Positions 29,863 through 41,272 of a stretch of DNA of 64,000 bases are shown here, piece by piece. The notes below the pieces were generated by a model. That model ran no database searches and was not told where the DNA came from. It worked only from the letters and a program-made list of their open reading frames with translations. Origin of the DNA: the human T2T-CHM13v2.0 reference genome, Homo sapiens; assembly GCF_009914755.1 (NCBI RefSeq), contig NC_060934.1. One strand, written 5' to 3'. The position numbers and the translations under genes are program-made. Position 1 is the stretch's first letter. Every line of letters begins with the position of its first letter.

Positions 29863-30198
29863 TAGACGGCCCCCAACATATAACGGTTTGACTTAAAATT
29901 TTTTGGCATTATAATGGTGCAAAAGTGATGTGCCTTCAGTAGAAATGATGTGTCAAGTACCCATATAACCATTCTGTTTTTCACTTGTAGGTCAGTAATC
30001 AATGAATTACACGAGCTAGTCAACACTTTATTTTAAAATAGGCTTTCTATTAGATGATTTTGCCAACTATAGGCTAATGTGAGTGTTTTGAACATTTTTA
30101 AGATAGACTAGGTGTATTCAATGAATTTTTGACATGTTATTTTCAACTTAAAATGGGTTTATCAGGTGATAACCCAAATGTAAGTTGAGGAACATTTG
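29863..30198 (-). mobile_element. MER47A (TcMar-Tigger)
   Basis: cccatataaccattctgtttttcact...ggctttctattagatgattttgcc...gtaagttgaggaacatttg, flanked by TA. Confidence 0.78.
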
Positions 30199-30849
30199 TA
30201 ATTTCCAGTAAAGCTGAGGAAACATATGCCCAGCAATTCCACTTCTGGGTATACAACTTCAAAAAAAATTAACAAGTATACAAATAATTGCATTGTTCAA
30301 TGTGACCTTGTATTAATGTAAAACTGGGAACAATAGCAATATCATCCATAGAGGATTAAATTGTGGTATAAACATTCAATGAAACTGATACATCAATTAA
30401 AATGAATGAATCATTATGGATTAATCTCAAAAGCATAATTTAAGTGATTAAGAAAACAAGTTAAAGGTTATGGGCAGTATATAATTCATAAAATTGGTAA
30501 AAATCCACACAATCATCTTCTATGTTATTAACATATCCATATTTGTTAATGGTATAAAATTAGCAGGGAAGGAAATTTTCTAATTTAAGAATGGTGGTTA
30601 CTTCTGGGGAAGAGGAAAGAGATGTATAGTAGAGATAATAGAAGAGATGGGATAATCTTGAACACTTTATGTCTCTTTAAAAAAGGAATCTCTGGTGACA
30701 TTGTAAAACATTAATATTTATAATATCTGGGCATTTCACAGATATTTCTTACATTTATATGTATATTTTTCTTTAAGTTTGAAATATTTCATAATAAAAG
30801 CATTAGAAAGTTAGTGACCCTGATAGGGGATGGTAGCAATGGAAACAGC

Positions 30850-31492
30850 GATAGGAAACAATTAAGGAATCTGAACTGATAAAATTGTCGTCTTGGCACC
30901 TCATTAGCCAATGCGGTTGGGGAGAGGGAGGGAGGGCAGGGAACTGAGGCAGATAACAGAGAGATCAAAGATGAAACAAAAGTGTTAATCTTAGGTGGGC
31001 AGATGTTGGAGTGGGTGGGGGGAGGCTGGATTTGAGGAATATGGGGAGAACATGGGGTAGGAGGCTTGGGAAGGAGAGGATGAGTTTAATTTTTAAAAAT
31101 AGTGAGTTGGAGATGTTAAGACATGCAGTTATAGATGTCAGCAGAGAGTTGAAACTGGCCAGTCAGGAGAGAAATTAGGGATGAAGCTCTAGTGTTTGAA
31201 AGCAATCGAACTGATAACTAGAACTGTGAGTTCAATAAGTTCCCAGGAAGTGAAGGTCAAGAGAGAAAAGGAGAAGAACCACAGCAAAGTTTTTTGTACA
31301 ACATCTACATTGTGGTATGAGCCTGCGATGAGGAGCCACAAAAGAAAATGTAAGAGGCTCCAGAGAACAAAAGCCAGCCTGGCCTAGAAGCCAAGTGGAA
31401 AAGAGGACCTCACGAAGCAGTTGCGGTCTTGATGGTCAGTGTTGTGAAGAAGGGAGGGAAGGTGAGAATGGAGGTAAAACTGCTGTGTTTGC
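30850..31492 (-). mobile_element. L2, continuing after the L1 at about 32136-32190
   Basis: Purine-rich antisense L2 (gagatcaaagatga; gatgagtttaattt; ctagaagccaag). Confidence 0.65.
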
Positions 31493-31495
31493 TAT

Positions 31496-32112
31496 TGATG
31501 GGAGTGTAAATTAGTTCAACTCTTGTGAAAACCGTATGGTGATTCCTCTAAGAGCTAAAAGCAGAACCACCATTCAACCCAGAAATCCCATTACTGGATA
31601 TATACCCATAGGGAATAGAAATCTTTCTACCAGAAAGACACATGCACGTGAATGTGCACCGCAGCACTACTCACAATAGCAAAGACATGGAATCAACCTA
31701 AATGCCTATCAATGACAGACTGAATAAAGAAAATGTGGTACAGATGCACCATGAAATACTACGCAGCCATAAAAAAGAATGAGATTACGTCTTTTGCAGG
31801 GACATGGATGGAGCTGGAGGCCACCATCCACAGCAGACTAATGCAGGAACAGAAAACCAAATACCATATATTCTCGCTTACAAGTGGGACCTAAATGATG
31901 AGAACTCATGAACACAAAGAAGGGAACAATAGACACTGGGGTCTACTTGAGGGTGGGGAGGGTGGGAGGACGGAGAGGAGCAGAAAAGGTAACTACAGAG
32001 CACTGGGCTTAATACCTGGTGATGGAATAATCTGTAAAGCAAACCCCCATGACACGAGTTTGCCTATATAATAAACCTTCACCTTTACTCCCGAAACTAA
32101 CATACGAGTTAA
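31496..32112 (+). mobile_element. L1PA/PB 3' end with (AC)n tail
   Basis: ORF2 end plus 3'UTR; TSD aactg(c/t)tgtgtttg; (AC)n at 32113-32135. Confidence 0.9.
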
Positions 32113-32259
32113 ACACACACACACACACACACACATAACTGTTGTGTTTGGCAACTAGGAGGCCTCTGATGACCTTAGGAAGAAGGAGAGAGGATGGTGG
32201 CTACCAGGATGCTTGTATGGCTAATAAATGTGTGCAGAAAGAATTGGGAGCAAAAATGA

Positions 32260-32560
32260 ATCACTGCATCCTGGACTCTCCGTGTGAGCTGCTGTCACTG
32301 TTTCCGCCCATTCTAGTGGCTCCCCTGAGCCTGGCATTGCTCCAGACTCGGTGGGTGCCCACCCAGCTGCTGCCATCCCCTCACCTTCCTCCTGTGGCTG
32401 TAAGCTGAAGAGTGTTGGGGAAGTGACTCAAAAATAAAACTGTTTATCCCGGCCCTGCGTAAATAAATGTCACTTCACTCTTCCCTGCCTCTGAATCACT
32501 GATATCCTGTATTTCGCTGATCTTGTTTATCCTTGAAGTTGTCCTCAAACATTTCCCAGT
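32260..32560. promoter_or_regulatory. Candidate enhancer (AP-1 plus Forkhead motif cluster)
   Basis: TGACTCA 32424-32430, TGTTTAT 32441-32447 and 32524-32530, GTAAATA 32459-32465, TGAATCA 32492-32498, in GC-richer unique sequence. Confidence 0.4.
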
Positions 32561-33212
32561 CTCCTGAATTGCATACAAAAATAACGAATATTTTTAAAAG
32601 TGTAATTGCTGTTGTTTGTTATTTTGTCCTGCCACTGTGCTTCCTTATGCCATCTGGACTGGAGGTGGACTTGTTAAAAAAACACCCAGAAAGGACACTC
32701 TCACTAATTTGAGCCTTAAAGAGAGAAGGAAGTCCTTAGTCTCTCTCCCCAGCAAACAGATCTTTATAGAGTTTCCTGGCCGCACAGGCAGCCAAGATGT
32801 TGCTAAATCTGGGAAGCTTATCGAGAGCAGTCTGAGACTTCTCTCCACAACTGTGTTCAGTTACACATGGTCTGTTTGTTGCTTTAAATGAACATCACAA
32901 GCATAATCATAACATACACCTGTATGGAACTGTGCACTTTTCAAATTAGTTCCACACACAAGGCAGAATTTCATCATCCCCAAAACTCTGAAGTCCTGAG
33001 ACTCAGAGAGTCTATATGATCAAGGAGAAAAGCATGTCAAGTCGAATGGTGCCAGGACTTCCAATTCCCCATCCAGTGCTCTGCACCAGTGTGGATCATC
33101 TTAAGCAGGCTTCACCACTGAGACGTGAGATATGACTTTGCCTACAACAGCAATTAGGAGGGGGGAAATGAAAAGGTCAATTTCCACCCCACATTGATAG
33201 ATACATGATTGA

Positions 33213-33416
<204 letters not shown>

Positions 33417-33429
33417 TAAAGATCTCCCT

Positions 33430-33586
33430 GATCCAGCAAATCTGCAGGCAAATAATGAAGCACATGGAAAGGCTGGGTCAGGTGCATGTCTTTTGGACAA
33501 TGTGTGGATCCCCCAAATCTGCAGGTAAAGAATGAAGCACATGGAAGAGCTGGAGTGGGTGCATGTCTTTTGGACAACAGGTGGAT
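33430..33586. repeat. Diverged 77-bp tandem duplication
   Basis: caaatctgcagg.aaa.aatgaagcacatggaa..gctgg...ggtgcatgtcttttggacaa..gtggat at 33437 and 33514. Confidence 0.93.
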
Positions 33587-33652
33587 ACTTTGTGTCGCTA
33601 TTTAAAAGGGTAGAAACACCTGGGGGCTGAGAGATGACTAAAAATTCAATTA

Positions 33653-33985
33653 GGCCAGGTGCAGTGGTTCATGACTGTAATCCCAGTATTTTGGGAGGCT
33701 AAGAAAGGTGGATGGCTTCAGCCCAGGAGTTTGGGACCAGCCTGGGCAACATAGCAATACCCTGTCTCTAAAAAAAAAAAAAAATACAAAAATTAGCTAG
33801 GTATGGTGGCATGCACCTGTAGTCCCAGCCACTTGGGAGGCTGAGGTGGGAACGTCACTTGATCTCAGGAGGTTGAGGCTGCAGTGAGCTGTGATCATGT
33901 CATTGCACCCTAGCCTGGGTGACAGAGCAAGACCCTGTTTTTTTGTTTGTTTGTTTGCTTTTGCTTTTTCTAAAAAAAAAAAAAA
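33653..33985 (+). mobile_element. AluJ
   Basis: Full dimer with J-type residues and an unusual T-rich then A-rich tail. Confidence 0.9.
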
Positions 33986-34339
33986 TAGAGAATTCAATCA
34001 AGGATGCCAGAAAAGTTGTGCAAGTTCTCTGAACTGTCACAGGTTGTGGGTTTGGGATTTAAGCCAAGTTCAACCACATTTATGAAGGGCAGGAGGTATC
34101 AGCAGGCATCTGGGTTACTTTAGAAATCAGAGTGCATTTTCAAAGTACTTATTTGTATGTCTTTGATCCAGTGTCTAATTAAATACACAAAAGAAAACCA
34201 TGTGTATATACATATACAAATATACACACACACAATTTCCTTAGAATAATTGAGAAAAATGTGTCATTGTGATATAGAATTTTAGTTTAAGTGGGGAAGA
34301 ACATTACAGTTTCACTTGCACTCTCTTGAAAAGGGAACT

Positions 34340-34470
34340 TTAGCTAATAATGAGTCCATGCTCACTGGAGACATTTAAGAAGACACTGATGAGATCTGTG
34401 GAGGATATTATAGAGGCAGCTCCTTCACTGGCTAGAACACTGATTCCCATCAACTCTAAAATCTGTCCTT
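34340..34470 (+). mobile_element. L3/CR1-like 3' fragment
   Basis: tcactggagacatttaagaag...gatattatagagg resembles the CR1 3' motif. Confidence 0.4.
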
Positions 34471-35464
34471 TATTTTTTTAATTACAAGAGAAAAACAAAG
34501 GGCATGAAGCCTTCAGAAATTCCACCTAAGGTAATTTCTAAATCTTAATAACACAAAAGACAAGCATAGCAAAGAATTTAAGTGTAATTTGGCCTTAACT
34601 TTCAATTTCTGACAGGGTTAGATATTTTCTCCACTGAGTCGTCTGATAGTTTGATGCTGAAGCTCTTTACCCTTTGACTCAGATGACTGGATTCTGAATG
34701 AAAGGGCTGGGGCAGGTTTTATACACTCATAGTAGCATTTTCAGATCTTTTATTTCACAACAAAGACGCACCTTTCCTCTTCCTTATTATTGCTGATGAT
34801 GCGAAGAGAGGCAGGGAAGTGCTGAATGAAAAGAGATGCATGTCTAATTTTCATTGCAAGAGAGACACTGTACAAAGTGTTTTACAAAGTGGAAAACTCA
34901 AGGATTAAAAAAAACACCCAAACAACAACAAAACCCCTCCTTCAATTTTGTCTAACACCAAACCATGAGATTGAGCCCAGCCAATAGATTGTGATTCCAG
35001 GTGAAGACCGCAGGCAGGCACAACTAGTACCATGCAGCATGTGGAAACTGTGAAATGTAGGGTAAAACTGCAGAATTTAAAGTCACACATTGATAAGATC
35101 ACAAGGTGGAACTCTTTGAGACAGGAAGAAAGCAAGCTTAGGTAGAACTGACCTCTGAAATGAAGGAAGAGAAGAAGGGACAAGAAACTCTGGGAACGTG
35201 AAGGGGGCATCACAGGCAGTCAAGAAATAGGATAAGTGTATTTGCTTCCTTTTGCTGCTGTGACAAGTAACCACAAACTTAGTGGTTTAGAGCAATACAA
35301 GTTTATGATCCTACAGTTCTGAAGGTCAAAAGTCCAAAATCACTCTCAGGGGGCTAAGTTCACACTATTGTCTGGCCTGTGTTCCTTCTGGAGGCTCCAA
35401 TGGAGAAAACATTCCTTGCCTTTTCCAGCTTGTAGAGGCTGCTGATATTCCTCAGCTCATGGGG

Positions 35465-35853
35465 TGCTATGGTTTGGCTGTGTCCCCACCCCAATCTAAT
35501 CTTGAATTGTAGCTCCCCTAATTCCCACATGTTGTGGGAGGGACCAGGTGGGAGGTAATTCCCATCAAGGTAGATAATTCCCATCAAGGAGGTAATTGAA
35601 GTGGGGCGGGGGGTGGGGGGGGCAGTTTCCCCCATACTGTTCTTGTGGTAGTGAATAAGATTCACCAAGCCCCTTTCGTTTGGTTCTCATTCTCTCTTGT
35701 CTGCTGCCATGTAAGACGTGACTTTTGTCTCCTGCCATGATTGTGAGGCCTCCCCAGCCATGTGGAACTGTGAGTCCATTAAATCTTTTTTCTTTATAAA
35801 TTACCCAAGTCTCAGGTATGTATTTATTAGCAGCATGAAAACGGACTAATACT
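35465..35853 (+). mobile_element. THE1 solo LTR
   Basis: tgctatggtttggctgtgtccccacc...acggactaatac; TSD tgggg at 35460-35464 and 35854-35858. Confidence 0.92.
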
Positions 35854-36043
35854 TGGGGGCATCACTCTAACTTTTGCTTCCACAGTCACATTGTCTTCTT
35901 TCATCTTTATCCTCCCATATCCCTCTTAAAAGGATCCTTGGGATCACATGGACTGCACTTGGATCATCCAGGAAAACCTCTCCATTTCAGCATCTTTAAT
36001 TTAATCACATCCATGAAGTCCCTTTTACTATCTAAGGTATCTA

Positions 36044-36261
36044 TTAGGTCGGTGGAAATGTTATTGTGGTTTTTGCCATTGGCAAAAACTTTGGATTACT
36101 AAAAATTTTACTAAATTTTAGTTTCATATCCAACTCAAAGCTCTTCTTCTCCCTATCCTATAGGATAGGAGAAGGGGATAATTTACTAAAATTACTAAAA
36201 ATTACTTTGGATTACATCCAAAGCAATGGCAAAAACCACAATAATGTTTGCACCAACCTGA
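36044..36261. mobile_element. MADE1 (Hsmar1 MITE) with expanded centre
   Basis: TIRs ttaggtcggtgg...gtggtttttgccatt / aatggcaaaaaccac...tgcaccaacctga, TA-flanked; 218 bp against about 80 bp for the canonical element. Confidence 0.85.
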
Positions 36262-36899
36262 TATTAACAAGTTTCTTGCATTAGAAGGTGGACATCTTTT
36301 GGGTGTGTGGGGGAGGTAAAATGCAGCCCACCACAGAAGGTGGCCACAAAAATATCATCAGGAATATTTGTGATCATAGTAAAGTATATGAATGAACATT
36401 TTAGTAAACATGGAACAACCAGCCCAATCATCCGGGAAATCTCCCTGTGGGGTGAAGAGTTGATGTCAATATACATTGATATGGTGCCACCTGCATGCCA
36501 GGATTTGGAGGGTGAGAGATTTTTGATCCTAGCTATGGAAAAAAATATCTTGTGTTCTCCCTCATCTCCTTGGTACTTTGTCATTCCTGTCCCTCTCCTG
36601 GAAAATTATTTAGCTTTTGGTTCTCTACTTAGACATTCGAGGAAATTTTATATGAGACACTACATCCTCTCAAGACAGGGAACTCCCTGACCTCACCTCT
36701 TTCAGGATGGAAGAAGGATTTTCTCCATGAAACCAAGGGAGGCTGATTCCAAGACAATCACTTGTAAAGTCGATGAGCCTCTGAACTGGATTTCCACTCA
36801 GATGGGTCCAGGGCTATCTGTTCTGAAACTTTAATGTGTCTAATTCTGTGGGGCTCTCTTGGAGTGGAGGAAAGAGAAAGATGCCAATGACGATTGCAG

Positions 36900-37690
36900 G
36901 AGCAGTATTAAAGTAGCTTGTCTTCCCACTACTTAGCATGATAAAGCTGTGGAATTCCCATGGATCAAGTGGACACTGAGGGCTGTGACTTGGGTCAACT
37001 CGCTGGAATTCCATTGAAGAGCAAGAAGATACAAGCAGCTGCAAGCTGTGGGACAATCCACCTGTGTTGTGAGTATGCAAAGGAGGGAGGATGATGGAAT
37101 TGGTCAAGTCAGAACTCATCTCCTATGTCTAGAAACTGAGTAGTGGTGAGGTTCCCACAGGTCCCGCCTCAAGAACTTGCAGGGGTGCTACACGTGAGCA
37201 CCCATTTATACAACCTGAACACACAGCCCCTAACCACAGCCCCCACACATCGGTCATCAACAATGTGCCAGTCACACAGAGCACACCCACAATCAGGCAG
37301 CCTTAGGTGGAGCAGTGGCATCCACAACCCCTGAGAAGCAAACACTTATTTAACCTTTTCTGTCTCTTCCCTCTCACTAATTCCCCACAGAGAAGGAGCA
37401 AAAGACCTCAAGAGGAAGGGAGAAAAGTGTTTGAGAGCCACATCATCCCCCTATACCCTTCTCTAGGGAGAAGAGAGAAGAAAAGCTTTGAGTTGGATGT
37501 GAAACTAAACAATTTTAAATAAATCAGACTGAATCTTAAATACTGGAATGAGAAGTTTCAAATAACTACCATGTGTCTGCTGAAGTATAGAATCTGGCCA
37601 ATAGTATAGATATTAAAGGAGACTGTTATTGGAATAAACCATTTCATTTTTATACCCCAGGAAGTTGAGTCCAGTACATAAAGTAGTTAC
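36900..37690 (+). mobile_element. Ancient LTR (MamGypLTR/LTR78-88-like)
   Basis: gaaaagctttgagttggatgtga...cagactgaatcttaaatactggaa...aataaaccatttc motif series. Confidence 0.4.
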
Positions 37691-38009
37691 AGAAACATTT
37701 AGGTCCAGGATTATATTTAATTTTTTACTTTCACTGTAAGCTCCTTGAGGGTGGGGGACTACCATGTCATAGAAAATATTAATTGCTAGGAACTTAAACC
37801 TACTCAAATTACGTCACAAAGAATGTGTTTATTAGAAGCATAGTGGGCTCACTGAAACAGAAGAGGAGCTGATAAAGCAAGCCTTGGAACAAGGTAACTG
37901 AGTACCTCGGCAACTGTGAGTTCAAGTTCATGGACCTTCAAATGAATGCTTCCCCAGTAATGAGAGTCAGCCAACATTTGGCTCAGTCTCTCTATATTTT
38001 ACTTCAAAA

Positions 38010-38190
38010 TGAGGAGAAAGAAAGGACTTAGTAAACGGAGAGAGGGAGGAAGAGACAGAGGAAGGGAGGAATGACAGTAAGGACTGGGAGAAGGGGAGAA
38101 GGTTGAGGCAGGGGTGGAGGTGGGGTGGCTGGGAGGGAAGGAGAAGGGAGAGAGAGGGAGGATGGGAAAGAGGGTAGAGAGAGAGAGAGA
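38010..38190. repeat. GA-rich low-complexity tract within an MLT1-like relic
   Basis: Near-pure purine plus strand. Confidence 0.85.
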
Positions 38191-38965
38191 CTTAGCCAAG
38201 TCCGTAGACCTGTTCAGTTGAGGTTAGATGAGGGATTGGTGTGGTTACAAACAGCATGTTCAGGTTGCATAAACATTATTGGATCATTTAATAAATGGAA
38301 TGTGTTTGCCTTGAAAACTTTAGATTGTATCATGTCAATTCATGATCATCACAGTGCCTCAATATCTAGGGTGTCCGTGTCTCCCAGTTAGCTCAAAGGG
38401 CTGTATATTAAATAGGGTTATATACATAAAATCCTATATCCCACTTGTTGTCTCATTGAAAGTTTTGAGATGTTTATCTTGAGCAGCCTCTTCCTCTCCT
38501 CTTTTCATGACATTTAAATATCTGGTGAAAATCAGTTTGTTGTTTTGGCATATAATATAAAACATCGAGAGAATAAGAAAACAACCCAAACTTGGTTAGC
38601 CATAGAGTCAGGGGTAAGAATGGTAAGGGAAGAGTCCGTCCCATCACATCAGAAAAATGTCAATTTTTCAAACTACCAATCTCCTTGACTCCAGAAATTC
38701 TGATGTACACCCAGTGTGATATAATTCCACCTCCCATCTGCCCCCAGTCTCTCCAGAGCACTTCAGAGAGGTACAACAAAATTGAGAACATCTGAGCTGA
38801 GTCAGTTATTACCTGTGAACAATTAAGGGAATGCAAGATGATAGAGAACCGTAATTATATCATGAAAGGGACAAATAGACAGGAGATATTAACCAGAGTG
38901 GCTTTGAGTCTAGACCTTCTCAACTAAGGAAAATTCCAGACTAGCTTTTACAAGATTGTCCTTAC

Positions 38966-39073
38966 CTGATTATGCTAAAGTTAATGGCTTTGTCTTTAAA
39001 TGTTCTTTATGGACAATTTCAAGTTCACATTAGTTATTCGTGTTTTTAAATTCATAAAGATTTCTACATAAAC
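38966..39073 (-). other. Candidate 108-nt (pseudo)exon
   Basis: Minus strand: ctctcctctcatctctgtcaag|GTTTATG...AATCAG|gtaagg. The phase 1-1 reading has two TAA stops. Confidence 0.3.
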
Positions 39074-39624
39074 CTTGACAGAGATGAGAGGAGAGGAAGC
39101 ATATGGATGTGTCACAAGGAAGGTTCTGCTATAGAGAAGGCAGATATAAACTTCAGATGTCAGAAGATGACGGAAAAATACTGCACAGTGAACACTTCCT
39201 CGTCTGGCACAGGGCCAACTTGTGACTCGTTTAGATTGATAAACAAGCTCTGATTTTTGAGCCTCTCAAAAGTTTCTTACTTTTTCTTTCCCATGCATCA
39301 GATTCAAAATTGCATTGTCTTCAGTTTTTCTGTCAAGGGAGCTATGAGAGATTATGAAGGAAAAAATAAAAGAGGTAGAAATAGGTAAAATTAGAAAGTA
39401 CCATCAAAAAGTCATCATAATGCAGGGCTTACAGTGGAGGAAAGACTCCATAGCTTTCCAGTAAGATCAGGGAGAATTTCGTTAGGATGGAGAAAACACT
39501 GTAATGTTAAAAGACAGGAAACTAAATGTTCATCAAAAGCACTATTTATGGGTGGGATTAAATCAGTGCAGATTGAAAATACAAGTGAAAAAGTTGATTA
39601 GCATTACATCAGTGCTTTCCTAGA

Positions 39625-39725
39625 GCATAACCATAGCTGTGTTCCAATAAAACTTTATTTGAAAAAAACAGCTGATAGGCCAGATATAGCCCGTGGGTGT
39701 AATGTACCAACCTTTGCGGTAGAGA
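39625..39725 (+). mobile_element. MER58 fragment
   Basis: gctgtgttccaataaaactttattt...ggccagat...gcccgtggg. Confidence 0.75.
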
Positions 39726-39892
39726 ATTCAGAGGGATGTAAGATAAAATGCAGAAGAAGAAGGATGAGAAAAGAGAGCTTGTATTCCTTCCTAGGTACTC
39801 TTTTACTGTGTGCAAAAGGCTTTTCCCATGCTTCTCAAACCACCCTATAAAACTTTCATGAATAAGTATATACTCAGAAAAAAAAAAGTCAT

Positions 39893-41272
39893 TGTAATGA
39901 CGTAAGTGGGCAGCCAAGCCCAGAATTGGGGTTTAGCCCAGGAGGGTTCTTGGCTTTGCCTAAGGAAGAATTCAAGAGTGAGCCAGTGGTGTTAGACAGC
40001 AACTTTATTTTTATTTTTTTTATTTGTTTTTTATTATACTTTAAGTTCTAGGGTACATGTGCACAACATGCAGGTTTGTTACATATGTATACATGTGCCA
40101 TGTTGGTGTGCTGCACCCATTAACTCGTCATTTACACTAGGTATATCTCCTAATGCTATCCCTCCCCCCTTCCCCCACCCCACGACAGGCCCCAGTGTGT
40201 GATGTTCCCCTTCCTGTGTCCATGTGTTCTCATTGTTCAATTCCCACCTATGAGTGAGAACATGCAGTGTTTGGTTTTCTGTCCTTGCGATAGTTTGCTG
40301 AGCATGATGGTTTCCAGCTTCATCCATGTCCCTACAAAGGACATGAACTCATCCTTTTTTATGGCTGCATAGTATTCCATGGTGTATATCTGCCACATTT
40401 TCTTAATCCAGTCTATCATTGATGGACATTTGGGTTGGTTCCAAGTCCTTGCTATTGTGAATAGTGTCGCAATAAACATACGTGTGCGTGTGTCTTTATA
40501 GCAGCATGATTTATAATCCTTTAGGTATATGCCCAGTAATGGGATTGCTGGGTCAAATGGTATTTCTAGTTCTAGATCCTTGAGGAATTGGCACACTGTC
40601 TTCCACAATGGTTGAACTAGTTTACACTCCCACCAACAGTGTAAAAGTGTTCCTGTTTCTCCACATCCTCTCCAGCACCTGTTGTTTCCTGACTTTTTAA
40701 TGATCGCCATTCTAACTGGTGTGAGATGGTATCTCATTGTGGTTTTGATTTGCATTTCTCTGATGGCCAGTGATGATGAGCATTTTTTCATGTGTCTGTT
40801 GGCTGCCTAAATGTCTTCTTTTGAGAATGTCTGTTCATATCCTTTGCCCACTTTTTGATGGGGTTGTTTTTTCTTGTAAATTTGTTTGAGTTCTCTGTAG
40901 ATTCTGGATATTAGCCCCTTAGACAGCAGCTTTCATTAAACCAGAGCTGCTCTTTGCAGAGCAGGTCGACTTCATAGCCAGTGCACCGAAAAGTCAGCAC
41001 TTGTATGCTATTGTCTAGCTGTATTTATATCTACCTTTAATTACATGCAAATTAAGGGACTGGTTATTCAAAAATCTCTAGAAAGGTGGCAGTAACTTCC
41101 AGGTTGTTGCCATGGCATTTGTAAACTGTCATGGTGCTACTGGGAATATCTTATGCTTATGAGCAGTGAAGCCAACTGGAGGATGCTTTTGGCATCATTT
41201 GCTGGTTATGGCCAACTTCTTCACTTCATCCTCTCTGGACAGGAAAATAAGTCCTGCCAGTCTCCTACCTCA
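39893..41272 (-). mobile_element. ERV1 LTR (MER66-like) split by L1PA
   Basis: Ends tgtaa...ctcctacctca; gttgccatggcatttgtaaactgtcatgg motif. Confidence 0.7.
40007..40918 (-). mobile_element. L1PA 3' end, 5'-truncated
   Basis: ORF 40237-40791 is the L1 ORF2 C-terminus (...[10 protein letters not shown]); TSD ttagacagca(a/g)cttt at 39992-40006 and 40919-40933. Confidence 0.96.

Larger units (their letters stand above)
23740..30800 (+). mobile_element. Cluster of old L1M (L1MC/ME) fragments covering ORF1, ORF2 and 3'UTR pieces
   Basis: A-rich plus strand with L1 motifs (aaagacagagattgtc...ttggatt; aagaagatac; aataaatggtgctg; cccagcaattccacttctgggtata). Confidence 0.8.
35237..36345 (-). mobile_element. 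MLT1 LTR hosting THE1 and MADE1
   Basis: gctgctgtgacaagtaaccacaaacttagtggttta...cctacagttctgaaggtcaaaagtccaaaat...cttccagcttgtagaggctg. Confidence 0.8.

Noticed and set aside
40237-40791. 184-aa ORF
   Set aside because: C-terminus of L1 ORF2 in a 5'-truncated, promoterless copy.
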